Assembly: GCF_006345805.1 (NCBI RefSeq)
Contig: NC_043009.1
Location: 12,214,001-12,278,000, forward strand
Length of the DNA stretch: 64,000 bases
From: Octopus sinensis
Taxonomy: Eukaryota
Direction of reading: 5' to 3'
Under the pieces are notes generated by a model. The model searched no databases, was not told where the DNA came from, and saw only the letters and a list, made by a program, of their open reading frames with translations. Position 1 is the first letter of the stretch; each line of letters begins with the position of its first letter. A program made the position numbers and the translations under genes. Positions 24,465 to 39,171 of this stretch are shown here, one piece after another.

Positions 24465-25115
24465 GTATAAGGGTGGAAAGGAACACACGAGTTGATATAT
24501 ATGAAAAAACAAGTCAAAAATAGAAAATGCTAAGATGATTTTATAGTGAATCTTCTAGCTACATCTTCACCCATTCATATTCTCCCTTCTCTGTTTTTTT
24601 CTTCTTCTCCATCTTCTTCTTCTTCTTCTTCATCATCATCGTTATCATCATCATCGTCGTCATCGTCATCACCACCATCATCATCGTCATCTTCTCCTTC
24701 TCCTTCTCTCTTCATCGCCATCATCATCGGCACCGTCTCTTCTTCTTCTTCTTCTACTTCTCCACCTTCTACCCCCACTAATGTCTTTAAGTATAACGCC
24801 TACGCAGCGACTGCCGGTCGCCACTGACCAGCCCAGATTTTCCCACTCCCACCCCCTCAAGAACTCACAACGACCTCGAATACACAAGTGCAAACAAGGG
24901 AGTCAGAGAAAGGCAGAATGCCACATATATCTGAACACTACTATGGAAGTATTCCTTTTAAAAAAACCTTTCTTCTATTTTTCTAAATTTTTCAAAATTT
25001 AATTTTTAATCGTTACAGTTGAAAAGGTCTCAAAATGACCGAAACCGGTACTGAAAGATTCACTATAAAATCATCTTAGCATTTTCTATTTTTGACTTGT
25101 TTTTTCATATATATA
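24465..25115. mobile_element. PLE-like terminal repeat: inverted partial copy (24465-24554) plus direct HHR-bearing copy (about 24990-25115)
   Basis: 24495-24554 is the reverse complement of 25057-25115. The same family occurs at about 62270-62410. Confidence 0.65.
25013..25056 (+). ncRNA. Type I hammerhead ribozyme, U3-A8 core variant
   Basis: TTACAG-TTGAAAA-GGTC-tcaaaat-GACC-GAAA-CCGG-TA^CTGAAA. Stem III is the palindrome ACCGGT; cleavage would fall after 25050. Confidence 0.72.
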
Positions 25116-25867
25116 TATATATATGTATATGTATATATATGTCTGTATATGTTTGAGCGCATGCGCATATAATACATACACACATAGACTTAAGAGTAAA
25201 CCTTCGATGAAGAAAGATTATCCTTGCCATAAGAGCACATGATCTTTCCTGTAATTGTGTCACAAAATTGAAAAACAAAAAAACAAAAGCAGAAAAAAAA
25301 AACGCGTGATACTTTCACAAATATTTGTTAGTAAAAATGATCCGAAGTTAAAATTGTCTCTTTTACTTGAAGAATTTTTAAGAAATTAAATATTCTTGTT
25401 TAGGGACTAATTTTCGCTTTTGTTCGCTAATTGCGAGGATAATCTAAGTTAGACTAAGTTGTCACTTTACTCACTATATTTGTATGTACCTACGTACGTA
25501 CGTACCTACTAATACATACATACATACATACATATATACATACATAGATACATACATACATACATACACACACACATACACACACAGACAAACATACACA
25601 CATGTGAACACTAAGTGCAAAGCAAGGTGGAGAAAGTAGTATTTGAATGCCAAAGATATAAAAATATAGCATTTTATTGACGCTGAAAAATCTTCACCAA
25701 ACCCTTACATAGAGTTTCCTGCAACCGATTATCTGGTTGTCATGAGTATTTTTTAAAAAAACAAGGGATTATTGAACATTAGGATATCCGAAAAGTAATG
25801 TCGTATTTCAAGCAATGAGATCAAATCAGCATAGAATATATTGTAAGTATATTTATTCATTCACGAT

Positions 25868-26305
25868 ATTATCATCATCATTGTTCGACCGTGGTCGAGA
25901 CAATGGAATTTACTATGCTACGCCAGACTTCACGGTCCATCATAGCATTATGGAGGTCCTGTTGCTAGATGCCTGTATCCTTGGAGATTACATCAGAGTA
26001 GGAGAGTGTGCGCCCTCTGGTATCACGAGCAGATGGCTTCCAGAGGAGAAGAGTAGAAATTACCTCGTTTTCAGCTCTACAACAATGTCCAGCAAACTGG
26101 ACTCTTCTACCTTTCACAAGAGATGACACAGGTGGTAGTTCCCATATATTTGTACTTTGGTTGGATGATGCTTCCATGAGAGATTTTGAGCTCTCATAAG
26201 GAGGCGAGTGCAAGTTCCATCCAACCGCCTCTCAAGCTTCTTTGATAACGTCCAGGTTTCTGAGCCATATAGTAGAATTGGTTTGACTGTGGCTTTGAAG
26301 ATTCA
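25868..26305 (-). mobile_element. RTE-clade LINE 3' end with (TGA)n tail
   Basis: IFKATVKPILLYGSETWTLSKKLERRLDG..LPPVSSLVKGRRVQFAGHC..DREVWRSIV, then TGATGATGA. Confidence 0.88.
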
Positions 26306-26469
26306 AGATATAATTACCATTGATAGCAATAATATTTTCCTACCTCAGAACCCCTTTTCTGATTCCTCAGGCATAAAAATTCAGCTTCTTTAAAAATGAA
26401 TAATGTTTGGAGTATCAACATCGAAGCTGCTTCTGAATGCGCCTCCACCCCCACCACCACTGCCACTGG

Positions 26470-27000
26470 TAAAAGGTTCGAGTGTCCTGGATAAATGAAA
26501 ATCTGATGGTCCTCTTCGCGTTATCATGTCGCTGGATGATTCCCTTTCTGTCGACTAGAATTAATTATTTTCTGAGCAAAATTTGATTAAGGCATTCAAG
26601 TTGTTGACAATGAAATTATCAATACCAGTTGTATTCTATCAGACGCACAGTAAAATCTTCATTGGCGGTAAATCTGTTTTGGGTGTTCGAAATGGATTCT
26701 TATTTTTGCGATAGCCACTGCTTTTTACGTATATTTTTGGCATAGACTATCCATTTCTCATCACCTGTTACAATTCAATTAATAAAAGGTGATTGTTCAC
26801 TCCTGATTAGTAAATTATTTCAAATTATTGAACCCACTGCTTTGTTCTCAGAAGACAATTAATAAGATACCAACTTCCCCTCTCTACACACGTCCCCACT
26901 CTGCTTCAGATGATCTTGTACAACGAACCGAGATGTATTAAGCCTCCAGAATATGTTCCCGATACTTTGACACGGATCCTTATCAATTACTGTTTACAAA
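26470..27000 (-). pseudogene. Mariner transposase remnant
   Basis: Minus strand: VIDKDPCQS..HLKQSG, IVTGDEKWIVY (26751-26774), RKKQW, TPKTDLPPMKILLCV, RHDNA (26517-26528), DFHL. Contains stops and deletions. Confidence 0.82.
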
Positions 27001-27376
27001 CATTCCCCAGCTACACACAAAACAGAAAAAATGCCCAAAAGACAGGTTGGTTTCTCTCCAATTTTTTTGTAATTTCTTAAACATATCTCTTTCTGTGTAT
27101 ATATATATACTACCAAATAAGCATGATTCTTACTGAATTCCTAATACATTTTTGTTGAATATTTTCTTAAATACTTTCTTGTAAACTGTTTTTAACATTT
27201 TCTTCTTATTATTATCAAAGAATGTATATATGTATTTTTATACCTTTGTGACAACCAGTACTTAACACAACAAAGTTTATACAAGGCTTTACATTTTACT
27301 TTTGACAATCTTTTTCAAAAAAAGTGAAACCGGTCAAATGAATAAACATCTTTAAAATTGCATTTTAAAACCTTCT

Positions 27377-27415
<39 letters not shown>

Positions 27416-27439
27416 CTTAGATAAAATATAGATAGGTTT

Positions 27440-28735
27440 CGATCAAAGATTGGTCCATGTCTAACATAATAGCACCACCTAATAGGATTACCTAAATCCT
27501 TTTTAAGTCAGGTTTTGTTTATGGTCCATTCAAGTAGTGAATTCTTGTTGAGTAAGTTGTATCCAGGTATGGGTGGCTTATCTAGTATTCCTTGAAGAAA
27601 TCTGTTCAGACTCCGTTTAAAAGTGATGGGATCTTTTACCTTTTTAATCAGTTTTGGGACAATGTTAAACGGGGCAGGGCCTGTTGAGGAAAAGAAATTA
27701 TGTCGCAGTGTACCTATATCTTGTGATCCTGAATTGGGCTGGGATAGTATGGCCCGTGGAGGAACCTTGAAACTAATGTTCAGGTCGTTTGGCCAATGCT
27801 GACTGTATATTCTCTACATCATACAAATGATGTACCGCTCGCGGTGGCGCTGGACAGAGTAGAGTTTCAAGGCTTTAAGGCGGTCCCTGTAACCGAGATC
27901 AGTCATGCCTTCAATTCGTTTAGTGAGTACCCTCTGGGGTGATTCAATCCTCGAGATGTTTTGCTTTGTATGAGGAGACCACAAGGGGCAGCAGTATTCG
28001 AGGTGTGGCCGTACAAAGGAGGAGAAAAGTGGAATGATGACACCTTGTTCTCTGGACTGGAAGGTTCTTAAGATCCAGGAGCTCATCCTACGAGCTATAT
28101 CGACATTATTGTTGATGTGGGCACTCCAACTGAGATTGTTATCAACAATTATACCCAGGTCTCTGATATTAATAGATGCCGTGAGTGGTTCCCCAGAAAG
28201 AAGAGGGTATGGCTGTTTTAGGATAGACTTTCTTCCAATATGCATCAGCTCAAATTTTCCCTCGTTCAGTTGCATCTTGCTTTTGTCTGCCCATTGACTC
28301 ACAGCATATAGATCAGATTGGAGTTGAGTTCGGTCTTCCTCTTCATTGATGAGTTTCTGGAGCTTAGTGTCATCAGCAAATATTTTCACTCTGCAGTGAT
28401 TTACGACGCTGGAAAGGTCATTTATGTAAATTATAAAGAGGAGCGGGCCCAAGACAATCCCCTGAGGGACATCACTGGTGACTTTTGCTGGGCTTGAATG
28501 GACTCCATCGACCACAACTGCTTATATTCTATTCGCCTGGAAATACTTAATCCAGTGTAGAAGTTTTCTACGGATTCCAACATTTGCCAATTTTGAGAGT
28601 AAGATATTATGGTCAACCCTGTCGAACGCTTTACTGAAGTCAACATATATGACATCAGAGTTCGAACCTGTTCCCAAGGCTTTAAGTATATCTTCAATGT
28701 GATATAAGAGCTGTGTTAGGACTATGACCCTGCTG
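27440..28735 (-). mobile_element. CR1-group LINE, 5'-truncated RT and 3' end
   Basis: YVDFSKAFDRVDH, VPQGIVLGPLLFIIYINDL, IFADDTKL, RDLGIIVDNNLSW, VRPHLEYCCPLWSPH; includes track ORF 27814-28515. Confidence 0.93.
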
Positions 28736-28844
28736 GAGCACCACCTTAAAGGGTGTTAGTCGAAGAAATTGACCCCGGGACTTATTCTTTGTAAGCCTAG
28801 TACTTATTCTATATTCTCTTTTACCGAACCGCTAAGTAAAATAA

Positions 28845-29082
28845 ATGTTTCCTTCTCGCGCCATGCCAGGCTCCTGAGGGCCGGTTTCCCGATTTCAATG
28901 GTGCATATTTTCCCCACCTGGACAGGACGCCTGTCTGTCGCAGGTTTACTCATTTTTGCTAGGTGAGTGGACCAGAGCAACGTGAAATGAAGTGCTTTGC
29001 TCAAGAACACAACGCATCGCCTGGTCCAGGAATCGAAATAGCAATTTTACGATCATGAGTCCAACACACTAACTACTAAGCC
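28845..29082 (-). mobile_element. tRNA-derived SINE with V-SINE-like body, sharing its tail with OK variant A
   Basis: Minus strand: tRNA-like head, TTCTTGAGCAAAGCACTT.., CTGCGACAGACAGGCGTCCTGTCCAGG, tail GGGAAACCGGCCCTCAGGAGCCTGGC. Confidence 0.6.
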
Positions 29083-29321
29083 ACGCGTCTTGACAACTGT
29101 GGTTAGACTGCGCTTCCCTTGTGAGGTCATAGTTCTCCTTATATTGCCAAAGATCAAACTTCATTTTCCCCGCAAGCTGAATCTGCTTTTCTTCACCTTT
29201 AAGCTAATAGTACTTTTTCATTTCTAAACATGTTTTAATTAATTAATATTTATTGGCTCATTACAATAAATATGCTAACCCTCATAACACTACATAACAC
29301 GCAGATGTATAAATTACCTAC

Positions 29322-29416
<95 letters not shown>

Positions 29417-29429
29417 CTATCTCTCTCCC

Positions 29430-29472
<43 letters not shown>

Positions 29473-29555
29473 TGTAGATATATATATACATACATGTATA
29501 TATACATACATATATATACATATACATATATATATAAGCATATTTGCTTATATAA

Positions 29556-29667
<112 letters not shown>

Positions 29668-31636
29668 CTATATGCATATATGTATATGTAAATGTGTGCA
29701 TTTATATAATATATATATATTGTATGTATGCAGGCATGCATATATGTGTACATATGTGAGTGTGTGTGTACAATAATGTATATACATACCTATACTCCAC
29801 ACACACACACACGCACACACGCACATACACACACATATGCAGAGAGGATGAGAGAAAGAGATCTTATATGTCAGACATACATACGTACGTACATGCATAC
29901 ATTCTCCTTTATATGTGCGTGTGTTTTGTATGTATGTGCATATATATATGTGTGCGTGTACATATATAAGTATACGTATAGTTTTGTCCGTTGACGTATA
30001 AACGTGTACGCGTGAACGTATGTATGAACAGACGTGTATATATCTCGTGTGTATCTATATAAAGGGAGTCTCATCCCCCTTCTTTTTCGCTCCTACCAAC
30101 AAGTCAACACCAGCAGGAGTTTAGGGTAATGTGATAAGTAATCAGGCCTGTATTTATTTGTGTGCAACGTAACGTGAAAACCCCCTACCGTAGCTTTTGA
30201 CACAGTTGAGAAAATCCCACCTGGAACGGCCGAATGTATTTGTCATAAACACGACACTTATCCTCACGTCTGTTCATGTCGTTGGCCCGTGTGTGTGTGT
30301 GTGTGTGTTGTGTGTGTGTTTGTGTGGAGTGTGTGTGTGTGTGTGGAGTGTGTGGAGTGTGTGTGAGTGTGTATGTGCGCGTGTGTGGAGTGTGTATGTG
30401 TATGTGGAGTGTGTGTATGTGCGTGTGTGTGTGTGGAGTGTGTGTGCGCGCGCGCGTGTGGAGTGTGTGTGTGTGTGTGTGTACATGTGGATCTGTGTGT
30501 GTGCGCGAACATGGGATCCAGGAATTTGTATACCGGTGTTTGCGAGTATGAGCGATAGTGTGTGTGCATGTTTATATGTCCACGCTGGAGTGTGTATGTG
30601 TGTGAGCGCGCCCGTGCGTGTGTGCGCGTGTGTGTATTTATATGCCAGTACGTGCTTGTGTGTGTGTGCGTATGTGTGTGTTTGAGTGTATGTGCGCGTG
30701 CTGTATCTGAGGCTGTGTTTATATCTATGGATATGTTATTTGCTGGTCTGTTGTTGGCTAGCACCATGTGAGAATTGGTCCAGAAGACTCATAACGAAGA
30801 AGATCCATCCATATTATATATAGCTATCTTCTTTTTATTTACGAGAAAGTATTTGATTTGTGCATGGAATTCTCTCATCGAAGAGTTAACCCGTTTTCTT
30901 TCAATCCTGACGATTGAATATGCACTTTTTACCTCAAAAGTACAATACTTCATAATGTATATGTGAGCATATATGTATGTATGTACAATACACACGCATA
31001 CGCATGTATGTGCGTGTGTTTGTGTAGTAAGTAACTTGCTTACCAACCACATGGTTCCGGGTTCAATCCCACTGCGTGACACCTTGGGCAAGTGTCTTCT
31101 ACTATATAGCCTCGGGCCGACTAAAGCTTTGTGAGTGGATTTGGTAGACAAGCTTTCTACAAGCAGGCTAAATAAAAAGCTCCACAAAAGACTGAGAATT
31201 TTTTTGTACAACAATTTCAAATATTTCGAAAGAAGTATTTCTGTTTTCTTTCATTGTTTTCATAAAGGTTGGAATGTTTAGTAATGAAATGTCGACTTAA
31301 CTTACAAAAAATTATTGATTCGTGCTTGACTGATTTTGTTTACACATACGAAGCATAATCGTGAAGGACCCCCCCCCCACACTTCCAATCCAAGGGAAAG
31401 AAAACTTTTAATAACAGTCAATGTATTTGCGATTAGATTGTGTTTCAACTTTAAGGTACGGAAATGTGTTGCATTTCAAATTCATTCATAATTTGTTTTA
31501 CGCTCAACAATTCTATGTTTCTTATTCAGAAATGTGTCCATTTCACATATATTTTCACTCACATATATATATATATTATTATATATATATATATATATAG
31601 ATATATTATTATATATAATATATATATATATATAAG

Positions 31637-31673
<37 letters not shown>

Positions 31674-31675
<2 letters not shown>

Positions 31676-31958
31676 AATAAAACAAGAGGCTTCCAAATAG
31701 GAAAGCTTGTGCTAGAAAGAGCAGTGGAAAACTCAAACCACCAATTAAGGATAAATTCTCGAAAGGAATGAAAATTAAAAACGTTTACCATCTAAATTCT
31801 CAAAAGAAAAGAAAATTAAAAACGTTTACCATCTCTAATTGAGATGGTAAACGTTTTTAATTTTCATTTCTTTCGAGAATTTATCCTTAATTGGTGGTTT
31901 GAGTTTTCTACTGTCTTTGTAGCACAAGGCTTTCCTATTTGGAATCCTCTTGTATTTC
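31674..31958. repeat. Long palindrome (5-nt loop at 31836-31840) with a 41-bp tandem duplication in the left arm
   Basis: The arms are reverse complements with few mismatches; 31753-31793 is duplicated as 31794-31834. Confidence 0.9.
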
Positions 31959-32098
31959 TATGGGAATAATATATAGTCAAATGACTAATTCGTTTTTTGT
32001 GCTAGGTCACTGTAATATAATTTCTTATTATCCTATTGTTATTTAATATATATATATATATATTATATATATATATATAGACATATATATATACTCAC

Positions 32099-32187
<89 letters not shown>

Positions 32188-32699
32188 ACATACATATATA
32201 TATTGTATTTATTTTATGTATGTATGTATGTATGCATGCATGCATGCATGTATTATGTATGTATGTATGTATATGCGGGTATGTAGGTGTTTTGAAAGTA
32301 CTTCACTGCGTGACGGCCGTACCCTGCATATTTACGAGCTGCTCTTTGGGAAGGAACGCATCCTTTCAGCCAACCTGCTAGGGATAGGGTGAAGTCATGT
32401 GGGGTGCAGCATAGCGGATTGTGAAGAGGCAGCAGAAGAGCTCAACTGAGCCAACGTTGATTCCCAGCGGAGGAATCTTAGATGATCAACGGTCAGGAAA
32501 ACTGAGCTTTATTATGAAATAACTGGAATGCATCCGCAGGGGTGGCGTTCTTGGTTGTACTCAGCCAATGAAATAGTTATTATAACTCAAGCTCTCAATT
32601 CAAATTCATAATAATGGAACTGGGTGGTGCCAGTGAGTTATGGAAATCCGCGAAAAACAGCGAGATATATTCGTTGCTAAACCATTTATTGCTTAGTAT

Positions 32700-32740
<41 letters not shown>

Positions 32741-32994
32741 AGTAGTTGAATGAATTATCTTATTAAGGATAATTCGAATTAACCGATACCTGAGTAGCAA
32801 ATTCACATAAAAAAAAGCGAAGTAGTAAAACAAAAGAAAAAACGACAATAACGCGAGGACATGGTACATGCAAAGTATTAGCATGTGTTCAAGGAAGGAA
32901 AGAAAGGTAGTTTTATGTTTCGAGCAAAGCTCTTTTTCAGAAACAGGTGACAGATTAAAGTCCAAAGGAAGACAAAGGAAGAAAATCGCCAACG

Positions 32995-33060
<66 letters not shown>

Positions 33061-33288
33061 TCTTTTGCTCTTTCATTCTTTCATTCGTTTCAGTCATTTG
33101 ACTGCAGCCATGCTGGAGCACCGCATTTAGTCGAACGAATCGACCCCAGGACGTGTTCTTTGCAAGCGTAGGACTTCTCTCTGTCTCTTTTACCAAACCG
33201 CTAAGTTACGGGGACGTAAACATACCAACATCAGTTGTCAAGTGATGATGGGGGACAAACAGACACACAAATACACACACACACATAC

Positions 33289-33337
<49 letters not shown>

Positions 33338-33342
33338 TATGG

Positions 33343-33792
33343 GTACAGGACGTCACCAACTGTGTAAACAACATGAAATACGTAGACAAATGAGTTAAAT
33401 ATTTAAATAACGAGAGACAAAAATGGAAACAAGACAAGTAAACACAGAGAAACGACCCTTCATCAGTTGTCGACTGTCTATCTACTTCTCATTCCGAGTA
33501 TTCAAAGGCAATATGAGTCTTCAAAGACAGTTGCTCCCATAAATTCTAAAATATAATTTAGGATTTATGAAGGCTCAAAGTTAGGAATATAATCACGATA
33601 GTGGAGACATACAAGGAAACCGAACGAAAACAAACATAGAGGGTCGTTTGACCAGAATGTTGGCAGAAATGTTTTGTTTGAAAAGAGAAAAGATAGAAAA
33701 AAAACTGCCCAGTGCTTTGAACGCCCGTGCAAGAAAAGGAAGACGGTCACGCGAGGAAGGGAAAGATGGACGATGGTCACGTGTGAGCATAC
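33343..33792 (-). mobile_element. PLE-tail-like segment nested in the microsatellite of a CORE-type SINE
   Basis: It splits the SINE into 33085-33262 and 33795-33935. It carries CTGATGAAGG on the minus strand but no complete HHR. Confidence 0.45.
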
Positions 33793-34092
33793 GATGGGCT
33801 TCTTTCAGTTACCATCTACCAAATCCACTCACACGGCCTTGGATGGCCCGAGGCTATTGTAGAAGACGGTTTCCCAAGGTGCCACACAGTGGGACTGAAA
33901 CCGGAACCATGTGGTTGGGAAGCAAGCTTCTTAACAAACACACACACACACACACACACTCACACAGATACAGTAGCGTCAGCGCTAAGCACTGATAAAG
34001 AATATGCGAACTTCTGAAGTTAAAATATGTCAGAAGCATATCTTAACTTAAAGTTCATATACGTATCTGTGCTTGTGTGTATTTATTCGTGC

Positions 34093-34126
<34 letters not shown>

Positions 34127-34895
34127 ATGTATGTATGTATGTATGTATGTATGTATGTATGTATGTATGTATGCATGTACACACGCGTGTGTGTATGTTT
34201 TTGAGCGTGCATGCATAAGGAATGTTGAGTAAATGTTCATACTGACTTCTAATGTAGGCACAAAGCCAACAGTTTTGAGTGGTAAGGATTAGTCCACACC
34301 ACGAACCCAAGAATTTGACTGGTACCGTATATTTGTCGTTTCCGGAGAGTGAAAGGTAAAGTAGACCTCGGAAAGACCGCAAAGCATTTTCCTGACTCTC
34401 TGACCATTCCGTCAGCTCTTTGCAGGTTTTTTTATTCCACGTTGTCGTTTGCCAATTATTCAAAAGAACAGCCGTTTTTTTTCTTTATTTTGATGCGTAC
34501 AGTTATAAAACTGGTCAAAGTTGGGATTAAGGAAACTAGCATTTAGATCTGAAAAAAAAAATCGGATGATTTATCAAGTTAAGTGAAAGATAGTATAAAA
34601 AGAATATGAGAGGGTTGGGAGAATTAAAGATAACGAGAAAGAGAGGAAAAGAAAGAGGTGGTGGAGAGAATACAAGAGATTAGAGATTAGAGAAAAAAGA
34701 AAAGAAAAAGAGAAGAGAGAAAGAAGATCTGGTGTGAAGTGAGTCTTAAGTGTAGAGAGTTTATATTTAATTAGGATCGTGAAAGCCAAAATGGTGAATA
34801 GAAAATGTTTGATAGTATGGCTACAAAACTGACGGAAAGTGGGGAGGAAGAGAACGAGAGGCAGAGAGAGAACGGAGAGAGAAAAGAAGGAAGGA

Positions 34896-34955
<60 letters not shown>

Positions 34956-36628
34956 AAATGCGAGAACGAGATGCAGAGAGAGCTGAAGAAGAAAGGGAAT
35001 TTGTGACATAGGGATGCGAGATGCATGACAGATAGCGCCTATTTAAAAGGGAGGCTCTTCAAGAAACCAGCAATTTGCTAGGGAGGAACGTAAGATGAAG
35101 AAAGACAACGCAAGGTTAATTTCCTCGGTTAGGAGAGAAGGATAAGGAAGAGAAAAAAACTATTTATCTTCCAGCTTTTCTCCCTGCCTTCACACAGGAA
35201 ATTAACATTATATATTTAGTATCAGTCGTTAGCGTGAGCTCACATATGTTTTATGAGAAGATGGTTGCTTAATATGCAAAAATTATGAATATCACATTTT
35301 TCAAAAGGCTCGCATTAATTTTAGATTACCGAAAGTTTGAACTTAGAGGCTGCTTTATTAGCAAGAGAAACATTTGTTGTGATGTGACAGTACGTATCTG
35401 TTTCTTTATTACCCACAAGGGCTAAACATAGAGGGGACAAACAAGGACAGACAAACGGATTAAGTCGATTATATCGACCCCAGTGCGTAACTGGTACTTA
35501 ATTTATCGACCCCGAAAGGATGAAAGGCAAAGTCGACATCGGCTACGCACTGGGGTCAATATAATCGACTTAATCCGTTTGTCTGTCCTTGTTTGTCCTC
35601 TCTGTTTTTAGCCCCTTGTGGGTAGTAAAGAAATAGGTATGTCGTCTGCCGCTACGTCCTAGGTTCAAATTCCGCCGAGGTCGACTTTACCTTTCATCCT
35701 TTCGGGTCGATAAATTAAGTATCAGTTATGCACTGAGGTCGATGTAATCGACTTAATCCGTTTGTCTGTCCTCTATGTTTAGCCCCTTGTGAGCAATAAA
35801 GAAATAACAAATACATACATACATACACACACGCACACACACTCTCTCTCTCCCTAACTCTCTCTCGCACACATACACACACACTCGCACTCACTCACTC
35901 ACTCTCACACACACACACACACACAACACACACACACACCTTATACACATGTATGTGTATATATATGCATGTAAGACGGGTTTAGAGAATCATTAGCACG
36001 TCGGGTGAACTATTTAGTGGTATTTCATCTGTAGCTACGTTCTGAGTTGAAATTCCGCTGAGGTCGACTCTAATTCTCATCGTTTCGGGGTCGATGTGAT
36101 GGACTGAAGATCTTCCTTATGCTAAAATTTGAAACCAATATAAATACGACGGGCTTCTTTCGCTTTCCGTCTGCCTAACTCTCTCACAAGACTTTGGTCC
36201 CCCCCGAGGCTATAGTAGAAGACACTTGCCCAAGGTACCACGCAGTAGGACTGAACCTGGAACAATGTGGTTGTGAAGCAAGATTATTGCTGCACAGTCA
36301 CACCAGCGACTAACAACTAGAAACGCTGAGTTTGCGATAAGTGTTCCTCTCCCTACAGAGACACTTTCTTCACAATAAACTCTTCCAAACAGTCAACATC
36401 CTAAAAATAGGTCATTCTTTCTCTCCGGCTAAAGTATTACAATTTAAACGAAGAAGAAAATTTATATTGGTCATTCAACGATTCCCTTAACAATAAAATA
36501 AACATTCATTTCATAGTTTGATAGCTTTGATTGAAATAATCCCGAAAACGGAAATGAAAACCGCACACTGGGAACAATTTCCGTCTCGTTACGGCTACAA
36601 CATATATAAATTATATATATATATATAC

Positions 36629-36678
<50 letters not shown>

Positions 36679-36711
36679 TATATATACATACATACTACAT
36701 ACATATATATA

Positions 36712-36751
<40 letters not shown>

Positions 36752-36785
36752 ATATATCTATATATACATATATATATATATATAC

Positions 36786-36826
<41 letters not shown>

Positions 36827-36828
36827 CA

Positions 36829-36861
<33 letters not shown>

Positions 36862-36913
36862 CATACATACATATATATATATATATCATATATATATACA
36901 TACATATATATAT

Positions 36914-36963
<50 letters not shown>

Positions 36964-37260
36964 TATTATATCATATATCATATATCATATTTACATTAAA
37001 TAACAACAAAATGACAAAATGTAACAGACAAAACCATCAAAAGTAGCCTTATCACTCAATGCTTAATTACTTACCAACACCCTATTAATATCCAATCAGT
37101 CCAAAATGCCAATAAATAAATGACCAATGATAAGATTATCTAATCTCTTCCCACGACACTACTTTCCTTCTCCCAAACCAATTACTTTGCTCGCAGCTGG
37201 TGCCGTCAACCTAATCTGAACGCAAGAATAATGTTGTGTATAAATGTGAAAGAACAGCTG

Positions 37261-37274
37261 CTGCCACCTGGTGG
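37261..37274 (-). promoter_or_regulatory. Consensus CTCF core motif
   Basis: Minus strand CCACCAGGTGGCAG in non-repetitive sequence, next to a CAGCTG E-box. Confidence 0.5.
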
Positions 37275-37609
37275 TAGTTCTGAAGCGACGTCAATTGAGG
37301 GAAATGATTGAGCTTTAAGTACTTTCTTCACTTTATCTTTTCGTGACTGTAATTATATTGTAATGTCTTAAAACACTACTACACACGTGATGTTAGATAA
37401 CTAGTCGTTTTGGTTATTTATTTCTTTTGTGCTGGGCACATTTCCTCAGCATCCTCATCATCCTCATCCTCATCATCATCATCGTTATCCACATCGTCGT
37501 TGGCATCGTGCTCGTCCATTATCCGAAGCAGCAGTGGTAGTCGAAGGAACGAAAATAATATAAATAATAACGGTTGTATAGTATCTGGGCCAGCAACTAG
37601 CAGCAATAG

Positions 37610-38210
<601 letters not shown>

Positions 38211-39118
38211 AATGACAATAACGGCAACAACAACAGCCATAACATTATCAACAACAACAACAGCAACAACAGTTATGATAACATAAAGCAATGCCGTATC
38301 TGCTGTTGACCATCTGCTCACGCAAATAGGAACAGAATATTTATCATGAAGATTTGTTATAAATCTTCAGCAGCAGATATTCATGGGTTTAAAATGCTAG
38401 ACTGTTGTTTAACCCCAGGGCCAGTGCTTATCAAGCCGACCAATGACCAAAGAAGTTCACTCTGTAACCATCCAGTTATATTTTACGTTTCAGTATATCT
38501 TTATAATGCACTACATTGTTTAGGACCGCAGCTGTGACATGAGTAAGATCTGATTGGCAATGGAGCGACTGTTTAGAGGTCATCTTCATATGCTTATATC
38601 TTTGGTTAATTTTCTGTGCCCGCTAGAAACTGCGTGGACATGTCTTCATATACACATATACACATAGAAACATAGAAACACACACACACAAGCATTCGTA
38701 CATGCGCACGAACATCCCGTTACCGTTGCTAAATCTTTGAGACGGAAACTGATTGCTTGATATAACTTAACGTGGACTTGTTTGTCATTGAATATGTTAA
38801 TACAGGAAATAAAAGATCGGTTTCAGACCGGGTGTTGTTTGGTGACCGGAAATTGCGAGAGAAAGGCCACTCCATTAATCGCTCCACGCTGCTTTCTACG
38901 CTCATGCTTATCATTTGCGTTCTTATTTGAACATGTTGGATGCCATCGTTGATTATCTGTCTCCACTAGTGTCCATTATTCGCCAACGAATCTCGCTCGT
39001 ATACATTGATGCCACGCTTTTTAAAATTTAATTCAAGTACGTTTTCCAATCGATTTCTTCAGCATCATAACTCGCACTTTTCTTCGTATAGGAAAGATCA
39101 AAACAGTTGCTTTGGTAA

Positions 39119-39162
<44 letters not shown>

Positions 39163-39171
<9 letters not shown>

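Noticed and set aside
24546-24827. Acidic or Ser-rich ORFs resembling a protein domain
   Set aside because: They come from a (TCT/TCA)n trinucleotide tract.
32290-32690. GC-richer unique island, possible exon or transposase
   Set aside because: All frames are interrupted and I found no recognisable motif.
33455-33480. CTGATGAAGG on the minus strand as a hammerhead
   Set aside because: No downstream stem II closure or GAAA.
35035-35055. TATTTAAAAG TATA-like box
   Set aside because: Such motifs are expected by chance in AT-rich DNA, and there is no other promoter evidence.
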